This document shows positions 1 through 10,010 of a DNA stretch of 64,000 bases, in pieces. Position 1 is the first letter of the stretch. Every line of letters starts with the position of its first letter. Source of the DNA: an uncultured Chroococcidiopsis sp. (GTDB taxonomy: Bacteria; Cyanobacteriota; Cyanobacteriia; Cyanobacteriales; Chroococcidiopsidaceae). The notes beneath the pieces were generated by a model, which worked only from the letters and a program-made list of their open reading frames with translations, did not search any database and was not told the origin of the DNA. The DNA is taken from positions 8,623 to 72,622 of the forward strand of contig CAXTYC010000027.1 in NCBI GenBank assembly GCA_964248365.1. The letters are read 5' to 3'. Both the position numbers and the translations under genes were made by a program.

Positions 1-360
1 CACACCTAAGCTAGAAACAACTGTGAGCAGAGGATCGGAACCTTTACGGCGCAAAGGACGGAAGGCGATGCGCTCAATTGCAACTCCAATTAATCCAGCA
101 AGGGTACTTCCGACAATCAAGGCTAAAGCAAAAGGCAGTTGTACAGGTAGCGATGCATTAGCCAGCAATCCACTAAAACCGAAAGCACCGCCCATCAGTG
201 CATAGGTAAAGTAAGCACCAAGGGTAAAAATTGCACCATGAGCAAAATTAATAATGCCCAAGATGGAGAAGATTATAGTATATCCTAATGCAAAAATTGC
301 ATAGGCACTGCCTATGGACAAGCCATTCAAAAATTGTTGTAGAAACAGGGTTAAGTTCAT
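1..360 (-). CDS. Branched-chain amino acid ABC transporter permease (LivH-like), runs off the left edge
   Basis: Manual translation from ATG at 360: MNLTLFLQQFLNGLSIGSAYAIFALGYTIIFSILGIINFAHG..., typical LivH N-terminus; lies downstream of the binding-protein gene; missing from the ORF track. Confidence 0.9.
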   Translation of the reverse strand, partial: MNLTLFLQQFLNGLSIGSAYAIFALGYTIIFSILGIINFAHGAIFTLGAYFTYALMGGAFGFSGLLANASLPVQLPFALALIVGSTLAGLIGVAIERIAFRPLRRKGSDPLLTVVSSLGV

Positions 361-555
361 AAAACACTGATTTTGTCAAGGCAGTTTGTGGTTGATATTT
401 ATGGAATAATGAACCGCCAAGGCGCAAAGGACGCAAAGTAAAGAGAGAAAATTTGCGTAAGTGCTGAGAGATTTATTTGAGAAAAAATTTGTTTTTGTAA
501 AATACGCTTCTCCAAGGTTTTAAGTTGGAAATCTCGCCTATTGGTTTGGAAATGA

Positions 556-1779
556 TTATTTTAAAAACGCAAATTTGCCATCGTTTCCATTTGGTTCCAT
601 CTTAATTTGTGCAACGTAAAATTCTTTTTGGATGACCTCGCCTTCTGGCGTAAAGGCAATTTGACCTAATGGGGTTTCATACTTCCCAGTTAGCAGTTGC
701 TTGTTCAGTTCTGTACGCAGTTGAGGTAGTGGCAATTGGCTAATTTTGGTTTTTTGATCCAAAGCTTTGAGGGCTTCTACATATACTTGAACAGCAGAAA
801 AGGCTTGGGCGCTAAATTGTGGTGGTGCTTTCTTATATTGATTGGTATAAGTAGTGCGAAATACATTATTAATTTCGCTTGGATGAGCGGGGCTATAAGC
901 TTGAGCAACTAGAACACCATCACACAGCGCTTTACAGACAGATAATACACTCGATGTATTGAGTCCATTTCCACCGATGATTAAGCCTTTATAACCCAAT
1001 TCACGCAATTGCCGCACCAAATTTCCTCCATCGGCAGATAATCCAGAAATAATTACTAAATCGGGTTTTAGGTTAATTGCATTAGTAGCTTGTGTCTGAA
1101 AGTCAGTATCAGTAGTTTGAAACTTTTGCACTGTTACCAGTTCCAATCCTTGATCCTTAACGGTTTGCTGAAAAATTTCTGTTTCAGATTTGTTAAAGGC
1201 ATCGTTTTGAGCGTAAAAAACGGCAACTTTTTTGATATTTGGGTTGATTTTGAGTGCAGCTTTTACAGAATTTGGGGCAACAATTGAAACAGGCGCTGAG
1301 ACACGAGCGATATAATCACCAATCTGAGGAATTCCTTTAGCGGTATTAGATGCTGCAACTACGGGAACTTTGGCACGTTCGGCGATGGGATCTGCACTAA
1401 AAGCTTGTTGGGATAGAGTGGGACCAATTATGCCGACAACTTTATTTTGATTGATTAAAGTCTGGAAAGCGTTGATTGCGCCTGCTTCATCACCGCCAGT
1501 ATCTTGGAAGACTAATTTAATAGGAGTACCATTAATGCCACCTTTGTCATTAAAATACTTCTCGGCAATTTTGGCTCCAGCAACTCCTTCTTGACCGAGT
1601 AAGGCAACATTACTAGTTTGCGCGAAGGCAATACCGATGGGAATAGCGCTAGATGAATTTGTTGTTGCTGATGTATTAGTTGTAGTATTTATACCTGTGT
1701 TAGCTTTTCCACCGCAGGCTGATAGTAGCAAAGCAAAGGTAAAGAATAATGCAGAGGTACGAGCAGCAGAGGTTTTCAT
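556..1779 (-). CDS. Branched-chain amino acid ABC transporter substrate-binding lipoprotein
   Basis: Lipobox LLSAC, GGINGTPIKLVFQD and IIGPTLS LivJ/K-type motifs; ATG at 1779 preferred over 1797. Confidence 0.9.
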   Translation of the reverse strand: MKTSAARTSALFFTFALLLSACGGKANTGINTTTNTSATTNSSSAIPIGIAFAQTSNVALLGQEGVAGAKIAEKYFNDKGGINGTPIKLVFQDTGGDEAGAINAFQTLINQNKVVGIIGPTLSQQAFSADPIAERAKVPVVAASNTAKGIPQIGDYIARVSAPVSIVAPNSVKAALKINPNIKKVAVFYAQNDAFNKSETEIFQQTVKDQGLELVTVQKFQTTDTDFQTQATNAINLKPDLVIISGLSADGGNLVRQLRELGYKGLIIGGNGLNTSSVLSVCKALCDGVLVAQAYSPAHPSEINNVFRTTYTNQYKKAPPQFSAQAFSAVQVYVEALKALDQKTKISQLPLPQLRTELNKQLLTGKYETPLGQIAFTPEGEVIQKEFYVAQIKMEPNGNDGKFAFLK

Positions 1780-1920
1780 AGGTGAGCAAAAAAACAATCT
1801 GTATTTGGGGAGATTTTACAATATCATGGGTGTCAGCTTATATAGCAGTAAGTAGATAGATTAGGACAAGTCAATTTACTATAAGTTTTATTGTTGCAAG
1901 ACTTTTTAACCTACTCTCTA

Positions 1921-1990
1921 CTCCAAAGCGAACTACTCCAAGACGAACTGCTATACTCTAAAACGAACTACTTCAAGACGAACTGCTATA
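1921..1990. repeat. 2 x 35-bp tandem repeat (four CGAACT cores)
   Basis: ctccaaagcgaactactccaagacgaactgctata / ctctaaaacgaactacttcaagacgaactgctata. Confidence 0.85.
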
Positions 1991-2009
1991 TATTGCACCT
2001 ACCCGATGA

Positions 2010-2128
2010 CCCGCCTGCAATTAATTTGCAAGCTAATAGCGAAAGTCCTCTAAGAGAGGACTGGCAAATATATTTAGTCCGCTTGAATAAATTTAAGCTG
2101 AAGCGGGGAAATTTATTTGCTGGTAGGA
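2010..2128. repeat. Multi-hairpin dispersed repeat (CCCGCCTG...), degenerate copy
   Basis: Similar start and hairpin layout to 43960-44078; contains agtcctct-aag-agaggact. Confidence 0.55.
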
Positions 2129-2227
2129 GCGTTAGTGCAAGATATGAATAATCATGCTTCGATGATGGTTACAAATATGTGCGTTGGTGTTTTCTCTTGA
2201 CTAGAGCCTAAATAACAGGAATTGGTG

Positions 2228-4687
2228 TTAATCAATTAGGATAATCGGCTTTGTGATTTCAACCTGGCGAATAACGCAACCAATCAAACGGCATTGTGAA
2301 TATCCCAAGGCTTGAAGTGAATTTAAACAGGTGTTGGCTTGGAAGGCTGGGATGGAAGCTAAGAGTCCACCTGATGTTTGGGGATCGAATAGTAGGGGGA
2401 ATAATGGGCGATCGCAAACCTTTTCTACATTGGTAATATAACGTGCAGCTCGTAAGTTTTCTGGTTGCAGTGAGCTAACAATTCCTTTTTGTATTGTCTC
2501 TTGTGCGCCTTCTAGAACGGGGATAGCTTCTAGTTTTAACTCGACACCAACTTGAGGGGAAGCTTGAATCATTTCGATCAAGTGTCCGATTAGTCCAAAA
2601 CCTGTGATATCTGTACAGGCGGTGGCTCCATGTTCTATTAAGCAAGTAGCTGCCCAGGAATTAGACAATAGCATTGATTCAATAGCGCCATCAATCCAAC
2701 GTCCTTTAGCTTCGCGGCGCATATCAGCAGCAAATAGTGTTCCTGTACCTAATGCTTTAGTAAGAATCAATACTTGTCCTGGTTTCATCCCGCCTTTTCG
2801 TAGTAGCTTGTCAGGATGAGCTAAACCGTTGCATGATAATCCAAATCCGAGTTCTGCTCCTTCGGTTGTATGTCCGCCAATTAGGGGTGTTTGCGTAGAG
2901 TTTAGCACTTTTACTGCGCCGGATAATAGCTGGTAAAGTGTTTCTTCGACTTTGGGTTCTAAAGCGTAGGGAATAGAAGCAATAGCCAAAGCGCTTTGAG
3001 GTGTTGCTCCCATAGCAAAAATATCACTCAAACAGTGATTGGCGCTAATTTGTCCAAAAATAAATGGATCGTTTATTAAACTACGAAAATAATCAATTGT
3101 ATGTACCATTAATTGACCTGCTGGTACTTGCACGACGGCAGCATCATCAGGTGTATCAAGACCAATTATGATATCTGTGCGATCGCTCCTAAAATCTTGT
3201 TCTTGCCCGATTCGATTCAGTACACGCTCTAAAACTGTACTACCAACTTTAGAACCACAGCCAGCGCAACGCATTTGAGTGGCTAGTGGAACCGGTAGGC
3301 TAGTGGCTAGTGTTTTACCAATTTGCTCTGATTTTGCTAAATTTTCGCTTTCCCCTTCGCCCCCCGAAATTCGGGGGGTTGGGGGGATCAGTTGTTGCAT
3401 CTGGGGGAGATGATTGAAGCGATGCATGAATTGGCGATCTATGTAGTCTTTCCAGCGCCATAGTATTGGAGTAGCACCAAAGCCGAATTTCCCCCAGGAG
3501 GCGATCGCACTTCCATCACCTGTACCGATTAAGCTTAAGTATTGTTTTTGTGGCTGGTAAGGTTGCAAGGGCTTTTGTAGCAAATTTTGCTGTAAGTTTT
3601 TATACAAGGGTTTACCTTGTCTAACAGCAAATACTCCAGCTTTCGGACGGGGATGATTTACAATTGTGGCAATATCACCCGCAGCAAAGACATCTGGATG
3701 TGATATTGACTGTAATGTGTTGTGTACCTGAATAAAACCGTTTTCATCAGTTGCAAGTCCTGTTGCTTTGATCCACGCGGGTGCTGATGCTTGTGTTACC
3801 CAGAAGATGCGATCGCATTCTACCTTCAGTCCAGATTCACATTTCATTGAAAAGGTTGTAGGGGCAGGCTTAATTCCTTTATCTGTTGTCCTATACTCAT
3901 ATTTGTCAAACCTGCCCTTAGTGTGTTTAACCAAAGGTAGATCTGATAAATCCCCCTGGACAAGAGTAGGGTATGGTTGAATTTCGCATACTGTTTCTTG
4001 AAGGTGTAGCCTAATTCCACGCTGGTTCAAAATTTCCCCAAAGCGGTGACGTATCCAAGAATTATAGTTAGGCATCAATTCTGCACCACTATGGAATAGG
4101 TGAATTTCCAGATTTTCTCTTGGCTGTCGGGTTGCTTCGAGTATCTGATGCAAGTGACTTTGCATCGAGAGTGTTAATTCTACGCCGCCAGCACCTCCAC
4201 CCACAATTCCCAAAGAAATAGGTTTTTGGGGATTTTGCTTTATCTGGTCAACTAATTGATACCAATGTGCTAGTAGTTGAGCAACTGGTTTAGCAGGAAT
4301 TGCATATTCTGCCGCCCCTGGTACAGATACTTTAGCTGGTGTGCTGCCAATATCGATGGATAGGAGATCAAAAGCTACAGGGGGACGGTTAGCACACAGA
4401 ACTTTTTTGTTGGTTAAATCCAGCCCTGTTACCTGGTCAATATATAATTGTGCTTGGGAGAAAGAGGCTAGCGATCGCAAGTCTATATGACATTCGTCGT
4501 GACTGTAAAACCCTGCGATATGTCCAGGCAGCATACCAGAATAAGGAGTATCTGATGCTTCGGTAATGAGTGTAATTCTCACTCCAGGCAGTGGTTTCAT
4601 CCCAAGCATTCTTAGGACAATGGCATGACTATGACCACCGCCAATCAATACTAAGTCTTTAACAAAAGAGTTTACAGCCTGCTGCAT
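2228..4687 (-). CDS. selD: Selenide,water dikinase fused to an N-terminal FAD/NAD(P)-dependent oxidoreductase domain
   Basis: GGGHSH and IVGGGAGG flavoprotein motifs; C-terminal RCAGCGSKV, DDAAV, GGHT, DITGFGL, DPQTSGGLL SelD motifs; start 4687 or 4702. Confidence 0.92.
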   Translation of the reverse strand: MQQAVNSFVKDLVLIGGGHSHAIVLRMLGMKPLPGVRITLITEASDTPYSGMLPGHIAGFYSHDECHIDLRSLASFSQAQLYIDQVTGLDLTNKKVLCANRPPVAFDLLSIDIGSTPAKVSVPGAAEYAIPAKPVAQLLAHWYQLVDQIKQNPQKPISLGIVGGGAGGVELTLSMQSHLHQILEATRQPRENLEIHLFHSGAELMPNYNSWIRHRFGEILNQRGIRLHLQETVCEIQPYPTLVQGDLSDLPLVKHTKGRFDKYEYRTTDKGIKPAPTTFSMKCESGLKVECDRIFWVTQASAPAWIKATGLATDENGFIQVHNTLQSISHPDVFAAGDIATIVNHPRPKAGVFAVRQGKPLYKNLQQNLLQKPLQPYQPQKQYLSLIGTGDGSAIASWGKFGFGATPILWRWKDYIDRQFMHRFNHLPQMQQLIPPTPRISGGEGESENLAKSEQIGKTLATSLPVPLATQMRCAGCGSKVGSTVLERVLNRIGQEQDFRSDRTDIIIGLDTPDDAAVVQVPAGQLMVHTIDYFRSLINDPFIFGQISANHCLSDIFAMGATPQSALAIASIPYALEPKVEETLYQLLSGAVKVLNSTQTPLIGGHTTEGAELGFGLSCNGLAHPDKLLRKGGMKPGQVLILTKALGTGTLFAADMRREAKGRWIDGAIESMLLSNSWAATCLIEHGATACTDITGFGLIGHLIEMIQASPQVGVELKLEAIPVLEGAQETIQKGIVSSLQPENLRAARYITNVEKVCDRPLFPLLFDPQTSGGLLASIPAFQANTCLNSLQALGYSQCRLIGCVIRQVEITKPIILID

Positions 4688-4852
4688 CTGAACTAAGGGC
4701 AATGTCTTATTTCTAATTCTATTAGCTTTTAGCTTTTAGCTTTTAGCAACACTATTGACACGAACTCCTATTAAAGAGCCAAAAAAGCTAGCTGCAAAGA
4801 AGATATACTAACAGCTAATCGCTTTTCTGACAAAATTCATCATTTATGAATT

Positions 4853-5458
4853 ATGATTGACCTTTATACATTCACCACACCAAACGGACGTAAGGCTTCC
4901 ATTATGTTGGAGGAAGTTGGTTTACCTTATAACGTCCATAAGATAGACATTACCAAGAATGAGCAATTCACACCGGAGTATATAGCCATTAACCCGAATA
5001 GCAAAATTCCGGCAATTGTTGATCGAGACGCTGGCATTACAGTTTTTGAATCTGGCGCTATTTTGATGTATTTAGCAGAGAAAACTGGAAAATTGCTGCC
5101 TACCGACCAAAAAGGACGCTACGTGGTAATAGAGTGGCTAATGTTGCAGATGGGTAGTGTGGGACCAATGTTTGGTCAACTAAACCATTTTAAGAAGTTT
5201 GCACCAGAAAAGATACCTTATGCTATTGAACGTTACGAAAAAGAAACGTTACGCCTTTATGGTGTTTTAGATCGGCAACTGCGAGACAATGAATTTATCT
5301 GCGGTGATTACTCAATTGCTGATGTAGCCACCTATCCTTGGGTTGCTGTTTACGAGTTTCAAGGTTTGACACTGGACAATCACCCCAATCTTAAGCATTG
5401 GGTTGAGACAATGCAACAACGTCCGGCTGTACAAAGTGGGATGAAAGTACCAGCTTAG
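4853..5458 (+). CDS. Glutathione S-transferase (YfcG-like)
   Basis: TPNG, NPNSKIPAIVD, FESGAIL, YSIAD motifs. Confidence 0.93.
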   Translation: MIDLYTFTTPNGRKASIMLEEVGLPYNVHKIDITKNEQFTPEYIAINPNSKIPAIVDRDAGITVFESGAILMYLAEKTGKLLPTDQKGRYVVIEWLMLQMGSVGPMFGQLNHFKKFAPEKIPYAIERYEKETLRLYGVLDRQLRDNEFICGDYSIADVATYPWVAVYEFQGLTLDNHPNLKHWVETMQQRPAVQSGMKVPA

Positions 5459-5465
5459 ATTACTT

Positions 5466-6779
5466 TTAGTTACAGAATTTCTCCACGCAGCGGACAAAAA
5501 TCTCTACACCCATTGGCAAAGCTGTTTCATCAAAATCAAACCGAGGATGATGATGGGGGTAGGCTAAATTTTTATCTGGATTGGCAGAACCAAGGAAGAA
5601 ATAGCAGCCAGGTACTTCTTGCAGGAAGAAAGACATATCTTCACCGCCCATAGTTTGGCATTCTGGCACAATACCGACTGGTGTTTCTATTACTTCCACG
5701 ACTTGCGATCGCACTAATTCTGCCATGTCAGAATTATTGATTACAGGCGGATAAAGTCGCCAATACTCTAAATCATACGTCGCCCCATGACTGTGGCAAA
5801 TGCCAGAAATTATTTGCTCAATCCGCTGTCCAAAATAACCTTCAAAATTGGGGTTGAAATACCGTACAGTGCCACTCATCCTTGCCGTATCAGCAATCAC
5901 GTTGAGTGCATTACCAGCATGAAGTTCCCCAATTGTGACTACAGCAGATTCTAAAGGATCGACATTACGCGCCACAATCGTTTGTAAAGCATTTACTACT
6001 TGGGCAGCAACCACAACTGAATCAACAGTTTGATGGGGCATTGCGCCGTGTCCGCCTTTGCCTAATATAGTGCAGCGGAAACACTCTACAGCTGCCATCA
6101 ATGCGCCAGTACGAACGCCTACTGTACCTAGAGGTAAGTTATTCCACAGGTGTAAACCAATAATTGCATCAACATTGGGATTTTTTAGCACTCCCGCCTC
6201 AATCATTGGCTTAGCGCCGCCAGGTCCTTCTTCGGCTGGCTGGAAGATGATTTTGACTGTGCCAGCAAAGTCGTTGCGATGCTGGGAAAGATAGTAAGCT
6301 GTACCTAGTGCGATCGCTGTATGTCCATCATGTCCACAAGCGTGCATTACCCCATCGTGTTGGGACTTATAAGAAACCTCGTTTTCCTCCTGAATGGGCA
6401 AGGCATCCATATCCGCCCGTATTGCCAATACTTTTGGATTTTGGATTTTAGATTTTGGATTTTGGATTGAGAATTCTTCCCCTTGTCCCCAAGTCTTGAA
6501 GTCTTGTTGTCCTGTATTCCTCTCGCCCCTCGCCTCTCGCCCCTCGCCCCTTATAGTGGCTACAATACCCGTTTTTGCAATGCCAGTTTGATGCTCAATT
6601 CCCCATTCTTGCAATTTTTGGGCAATAAATTCGGCTGTTAGTTGTTCTTTAAATCCGAGTTCAGGACGTTGGTGTAGTCGTCGTCGCCATTCTACCAGTT
6701 GCGGCTGTAAAGCCTGGATTTCTGACCTTACGCGGGAAAGGTCAATATCAATAGGGTTTTGTGATGCGGTGGAAATCAT
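5466..6779 (-). CDS. M20 family amidohydrolase
   Basis: RRLHQRPELGF, RADMDALP, MHACGHDGH, FQPAEEG, GGEDM, HHPRF. Confidence 0.93.
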   Translation of the reverse strand: MISTASQNPIDIDLSRVRSEIQALQPQLVEWRRRLHQRPELGFKEQLTAEFIAQKLQEWGIEHQTGIAKTGIVATIRGEGREARGERNTGQQDFKTWGQGEEFSIQNPKSKIQNPKVLAIRADMDALPIQEENEVSYKSQHDGVMHACGHDGHTAIALGTAYYLSQHRNDFAGTVKIIFQPAEEGPGGAKPMIEAGVLKNPNVDAIIGLHLWNNLPLGTVGVRTGALMAAVECFRCTILGKGGHGAMPHQTVDSVVVAAQVVNALQTIVARNVDPLESAVVTIGELHAGNALNVIADTARMSGTVRYFNPNFEGYFGQRIEQIISGICHSHGATYDLEYWRLYPPVINNSDMAELVRSQVVEVIETPVGIVPECQTMGGEDMSFFLQEVPGCYFFLGSANPDKNLAYPHHHPRFDFDETALPMGVEIFVRCVEKFCN

Positions 6780-6795
6780 TTTTTTCTAAATATAA

Positions 6796-7503
6796 TTACA
6801 GTGGCATTAGCCACTCTAGATCTAAATCTGACGCAACAAGGGCTAGTTTATCCAAATCAGTTGTATTTTCTAAATAAGGCAAGCAGCCTAAAACTGGGGT
6901 ATTGGTTAGGGACTCAATTATATCAACAGGTGTCAAGTCAGCAATTTCGGCTTGTGAACGCGGTTGTACACAGTTGAGAACAATGCCTTTCAAGTTAACA
7001 TTAGTAAGTCTGGCTAAGGCAACATTGGCAACTGTTTGTGCGATCGCTCCCAATTTTACCGGAACTACTAACACTGTTGGTAATCGCCACGAAGAAGCTA
7101 AATCTGCTACTGTTAACTCACTCGTTACGGGTGATCCTAATCCTCCTAGTGCTTCTACTAGTACCCAATCTCTTTTTGAGCGCAAATTTTCTAAAGCTTG
7201 CCAAACAATTCCTAAGTCTACTGTACGTCCTTCCCTAGCGGCGGCGATCGGTGGGGCTAGGGGTGCGTCAAAATATAGTGGTGTAATTTCGTCTGGTGAT
7301 TGATTCAGGGAAAAAGTCTGCGTGTATAATTGGCGATCGCCTATCCCTGCCTGAATCAACTTCATTATTCCGAAAGTGCGCTCAAGTTGATATTTTTGCC
7401 AATAAGCGGCTAAAGCCACCGTTAAGACTGTTTTCCCAACTTCAGTATCAGTTCCCGTAATTAATAGTACATTCAAAACAAAGTCATTCCTACGACTAAC
7501 CAC
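6796..7503 (-). CDS. bioD: Dethiobiotin synthase
   Basis: [12 protein letters not shown]-loop, VEALGGL; true start may be TTG at 7476. Confidence 0.92.
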   Translation of the reverse strand: MVSRRNDFVLNVLLITGTDTEVGKTVLTVALAAYWQKYQLERTFGIMKLIQAGIGDRQLYTQTFSLNQSPDEITPLYFDAPLAPPIAAAREGRTVDLGIVWQALENLRSKRDWVLVEALGGLGSPVTSELTVADLASSWRLPTVLVVPVKLGAIAQTVANVALARLTNVNLKGIVLNCVQPRSQAEIADLTPVDIIESLTNTPVLGCLPYLENTTDLDKLALVASDLDLEWLMPL

Positions 7504-9467
7504 TATTGTAATTTGCTCACACTAACATCTAAACTAAAATCGATTTCTTTATCTGGAATCGGCACAACATCTATTTGATAATCACCACTGTCAGGTACTT
7601 GACCTTGCCAGTTTAGCAGTCTAGAAGCATCTTCCAACAATCGACCATTCGGATTGCGAATATCCAATGTAACTGCACCTTTTATCACTGCTACTGACAA
7701 CTGTTGACCGGACTTAACATTGACTAGGTAGCGCTTAATTTGCTGTCGTCCACCAGTCCGACCAGAAATCCTGGTTGCGGTTTTACCATCAGGAAAGCTG
7801 ATAGATTCAGATTCTACAGTGGGAACTTCTACACTAGGAGTTGGTGGAGATGAAGTTTGTGGGGGTGCGGGTATAGGTGCAACTGGGTTTTCTAAGCTTA
7901 GTTTAAGTTTGTAGTTGCTTTCGTCAATTCCCTCTACGGGACTTAATTGAATTGTGTATTCACCACTAAGCGGGAGTGTACCTTGATAGCGTGTCACACG
8001 CACTGAGTCCGCACCTATGGGTACTTGATTTGGTGCTAATACTGTCAGCAAAATTCCTTCTTTTTCTAAGGAAGCGGTTAACTGTTGTCCTTGTTCACCT
8101 TTGAATGTGTAGTAAACAGTCGAATCAGCTTTCAAGCTACTTTCAATACTTGTGCTTTCACCTGGGACTAGATTTAAAGACTGGTTATAAGTGGTTGGTT
8201 GATTGTTAAGTGTAGGTGTAGGTGTGGGTGTTGGTGTAAGGCTAGGTGTTGGTATTGGTGTTGGTGTTGGTGTAGAACTGTTAGAAACGGTTGGTGAGGG
8301 AAAGTTTTGTGGTATTGGACGCTGATTATTATCCTTGTGAAGCAAGGCATTCATTATTGACCACCCTCCCATGCCAGCAAGTATTGCAACAAAAATTATT
8401 AGTGGCGCAAACATCCAAGGTTTATCCAAAATTCCTCGATGTTTAGGTGTGTGAATAACTGGGTCTGGTCGAGAGGGTTTACCTGTATTGGGTTGAACGA
8501 GATCAGGATTACGCACAACTGCGACTGTTTGTAGTCTGGATACCTGTGCTGCTGACGAGTGTTGATTTGGAGGAGGGTAAGCTGAGGTTGAAGCGATCGC
8601 CGCACTCTGGTGTTCAATTGCTTGGAGAGCTTTTGCTACTTCAGCAACAGATTGGTAGCGATCGCTCGGCTTATAACTTAACATCCGATTCAATACAATA
8701 GCTAGCTGGGGAGAAACTGCTACCCAATGCTGCCAATTCCAAACTAAATTATTATCATCAAACAATTCTTGTGGTTCTTTACCCGTCAGCAGCACGACGG
8801 CTGTAACAGCTAGTGAATAAAGATCGCTACAGGGATAAGCTCTTCCTGTCTGGATTTGTTCGCTGGGTGCATAGCCTAGTTTTCCAACTGTTGTTGGTTG
8901 GGGATAATTATTATTATTTGGTGATTGGAATCGAGTAGCCAGTTCCTTTACTACACCGAAATCAATCAATACTGGTTTACCATCATCTCGCAAAATAATA
9001 TTGTCTGGCGAGATATCCCGATGTACAATTCCTTTAGTATGAATATGTGCCAGCACTGGCAACAGCTGCCGCAGCAGTTGGAGTACCTCTGCTTCCGAAA
9101 AAGTTATCCCAGCAGCTAGACGTTCATCCAACAGCGTTTTATAAGTTTTTCCTGCAACATAATCCTGTACCAAAAACAACCGCTTATCCTCCTCAAACGT
9201 GGCGCGAAACTGTGGAATTTGCGGGTGTTGAATTTGATAAAGGATGGCTGCTTCTCGTTGAAACAGTTCTTTTGACTTTTCCAGAAAGTAAGTTTCTGCT
9301 TGAGATGGAATCAGTTCTTTTAAGGCGCATAGTTCATTAAAGCGCCCTATGTCTTCTGCCAAATATGTCCGACCAAATCCTCCTTGACCTATAATCTTGA
9401 CTACGCGGTAGCGGCTTTGAAGGACAGTGCCAAGCCTGAGTGGGGGTTGGAAAGATGATTGATTCAT
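7503..9467 (-). CDS. Membrane Ser/Thr protein kinase with Pro/Thr linker and two extracellular PPC-like beta domains
   Basis: [28 protein letters not shown]; one TM segment; ATG 9467 preferred over 9596. Confidence 0.9.
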   Translation of the reverse strand: MNQSSFQPPLRLGTVLQSRYRVVKIIGQGGFGRTYLAEDIGRFNELCALKELIPSQAETYFLEKSKELFQREAAILYQIQHPQIPQFRATFEEDKRLFLVQDYVAGKTYKTLLDERLAAGITFSEAEVLQLLRQLLPVLAHIHTKGIVHRDISPDNIILRDDGKPVLIDFGVVKELATRFQSPNNNNYPQPTTVGKLGYAPSEQIQTGRAYPCSDLYSLAVTAVVLLTGKEPQELFDDNNLVWNWQHWVAVSPQLAIVLNRMLSYKPSDRYQSVAEVAKALQAIEHQSAAIASTSAYPPPNQHSSAAQVSRLQTVAVVRNPDLVQPNTGKPSRPDPVIHTPKHRGILDKPWMFAPLIIFVAILAGMGGWSIMNALLHKDNNQRPIPQNFPSPTVSNSSTPTPTPIPTPSLTPTPTPTPTLNNQPTTYNQSLNLVPGESTSIESSLKADSTVYYTFKGEQGQQLTASLEKEGILLTVLAPNQVPIGADSVRVTRYQGTLPLSGEYTIQLSPVEGIDESNYKLKLSLENPVAPIPAPPQTSSPPTPSVEVPTVESESISFPDGKTATRISGRTGGRQQIKRYLVNVKSGQQLSVAVIKGAVTLDIRNPNGRLLEDASRLLNWQGQVPDSGDYQIDVVPIPDKEIDFSLDVSVSKLQ

Positions 9468-9878
9468 TTGACTAGAAGCAAGAACTGCTTTTGGGCTAAG
9501 TGAGTTTTCTGAATAAATTTTGCCACTTTGTTTACCGAGTCTGCTGATTCCTCGTGTTGCACAGAGTCTAGAGGATAGTGTCGCGCCTCGACGCACAAAC
9601 GCGAAGATGATAAGAAAAAGTTATCATAAGTTTTATACAAAGCTCTGATACCTTACTGGAGCAGTACATTTATTTTTCCCGTCTTAGCCACTACTATTTT
9701 GCTTTAGTTTCACATTTAAAAGTGAGCTTTTTGACTTGACGATTTTTTTGGGAGGAACAAAATAAATTACTTATGGATCTCTTGGTTGCCTGTTACATTT
9801 CACAGCATAAGCAATTTTACTGGGTTGAATTTTTATTTTGTCAGCAGGTAAACAGTCCCTGGCACAGGACAGAGCGAA

Positions 9879-9938
9879 ACTGGTAACTGGGTTTCTGGTA
9901 ACTGGGTTTCTGATAACTGGTAACAGATAACTGGTAAC
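9879..9938. repeat. STRR-type heptamer array (CTGGTAA/CTGATAA)
   Basis: Visible tandem heptamers; same family at about 22193-22226, 27781-27820, 39563-39680. Confidence 0.85.
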
Positions 9939-10010
9939 AGCTAAAAACAATCTTAATAAATTAATTTTCAGAAAAATTTTGCATAAACTTGTTAAATCTG
10001 TGATGATAAG

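Noticed and set aside
3245..3275. Selenocysteine recoding in SelD
   Set aside because: The active-site region uses ordinary Cys codons (TGC, TGT); there is no in-frame TGA.
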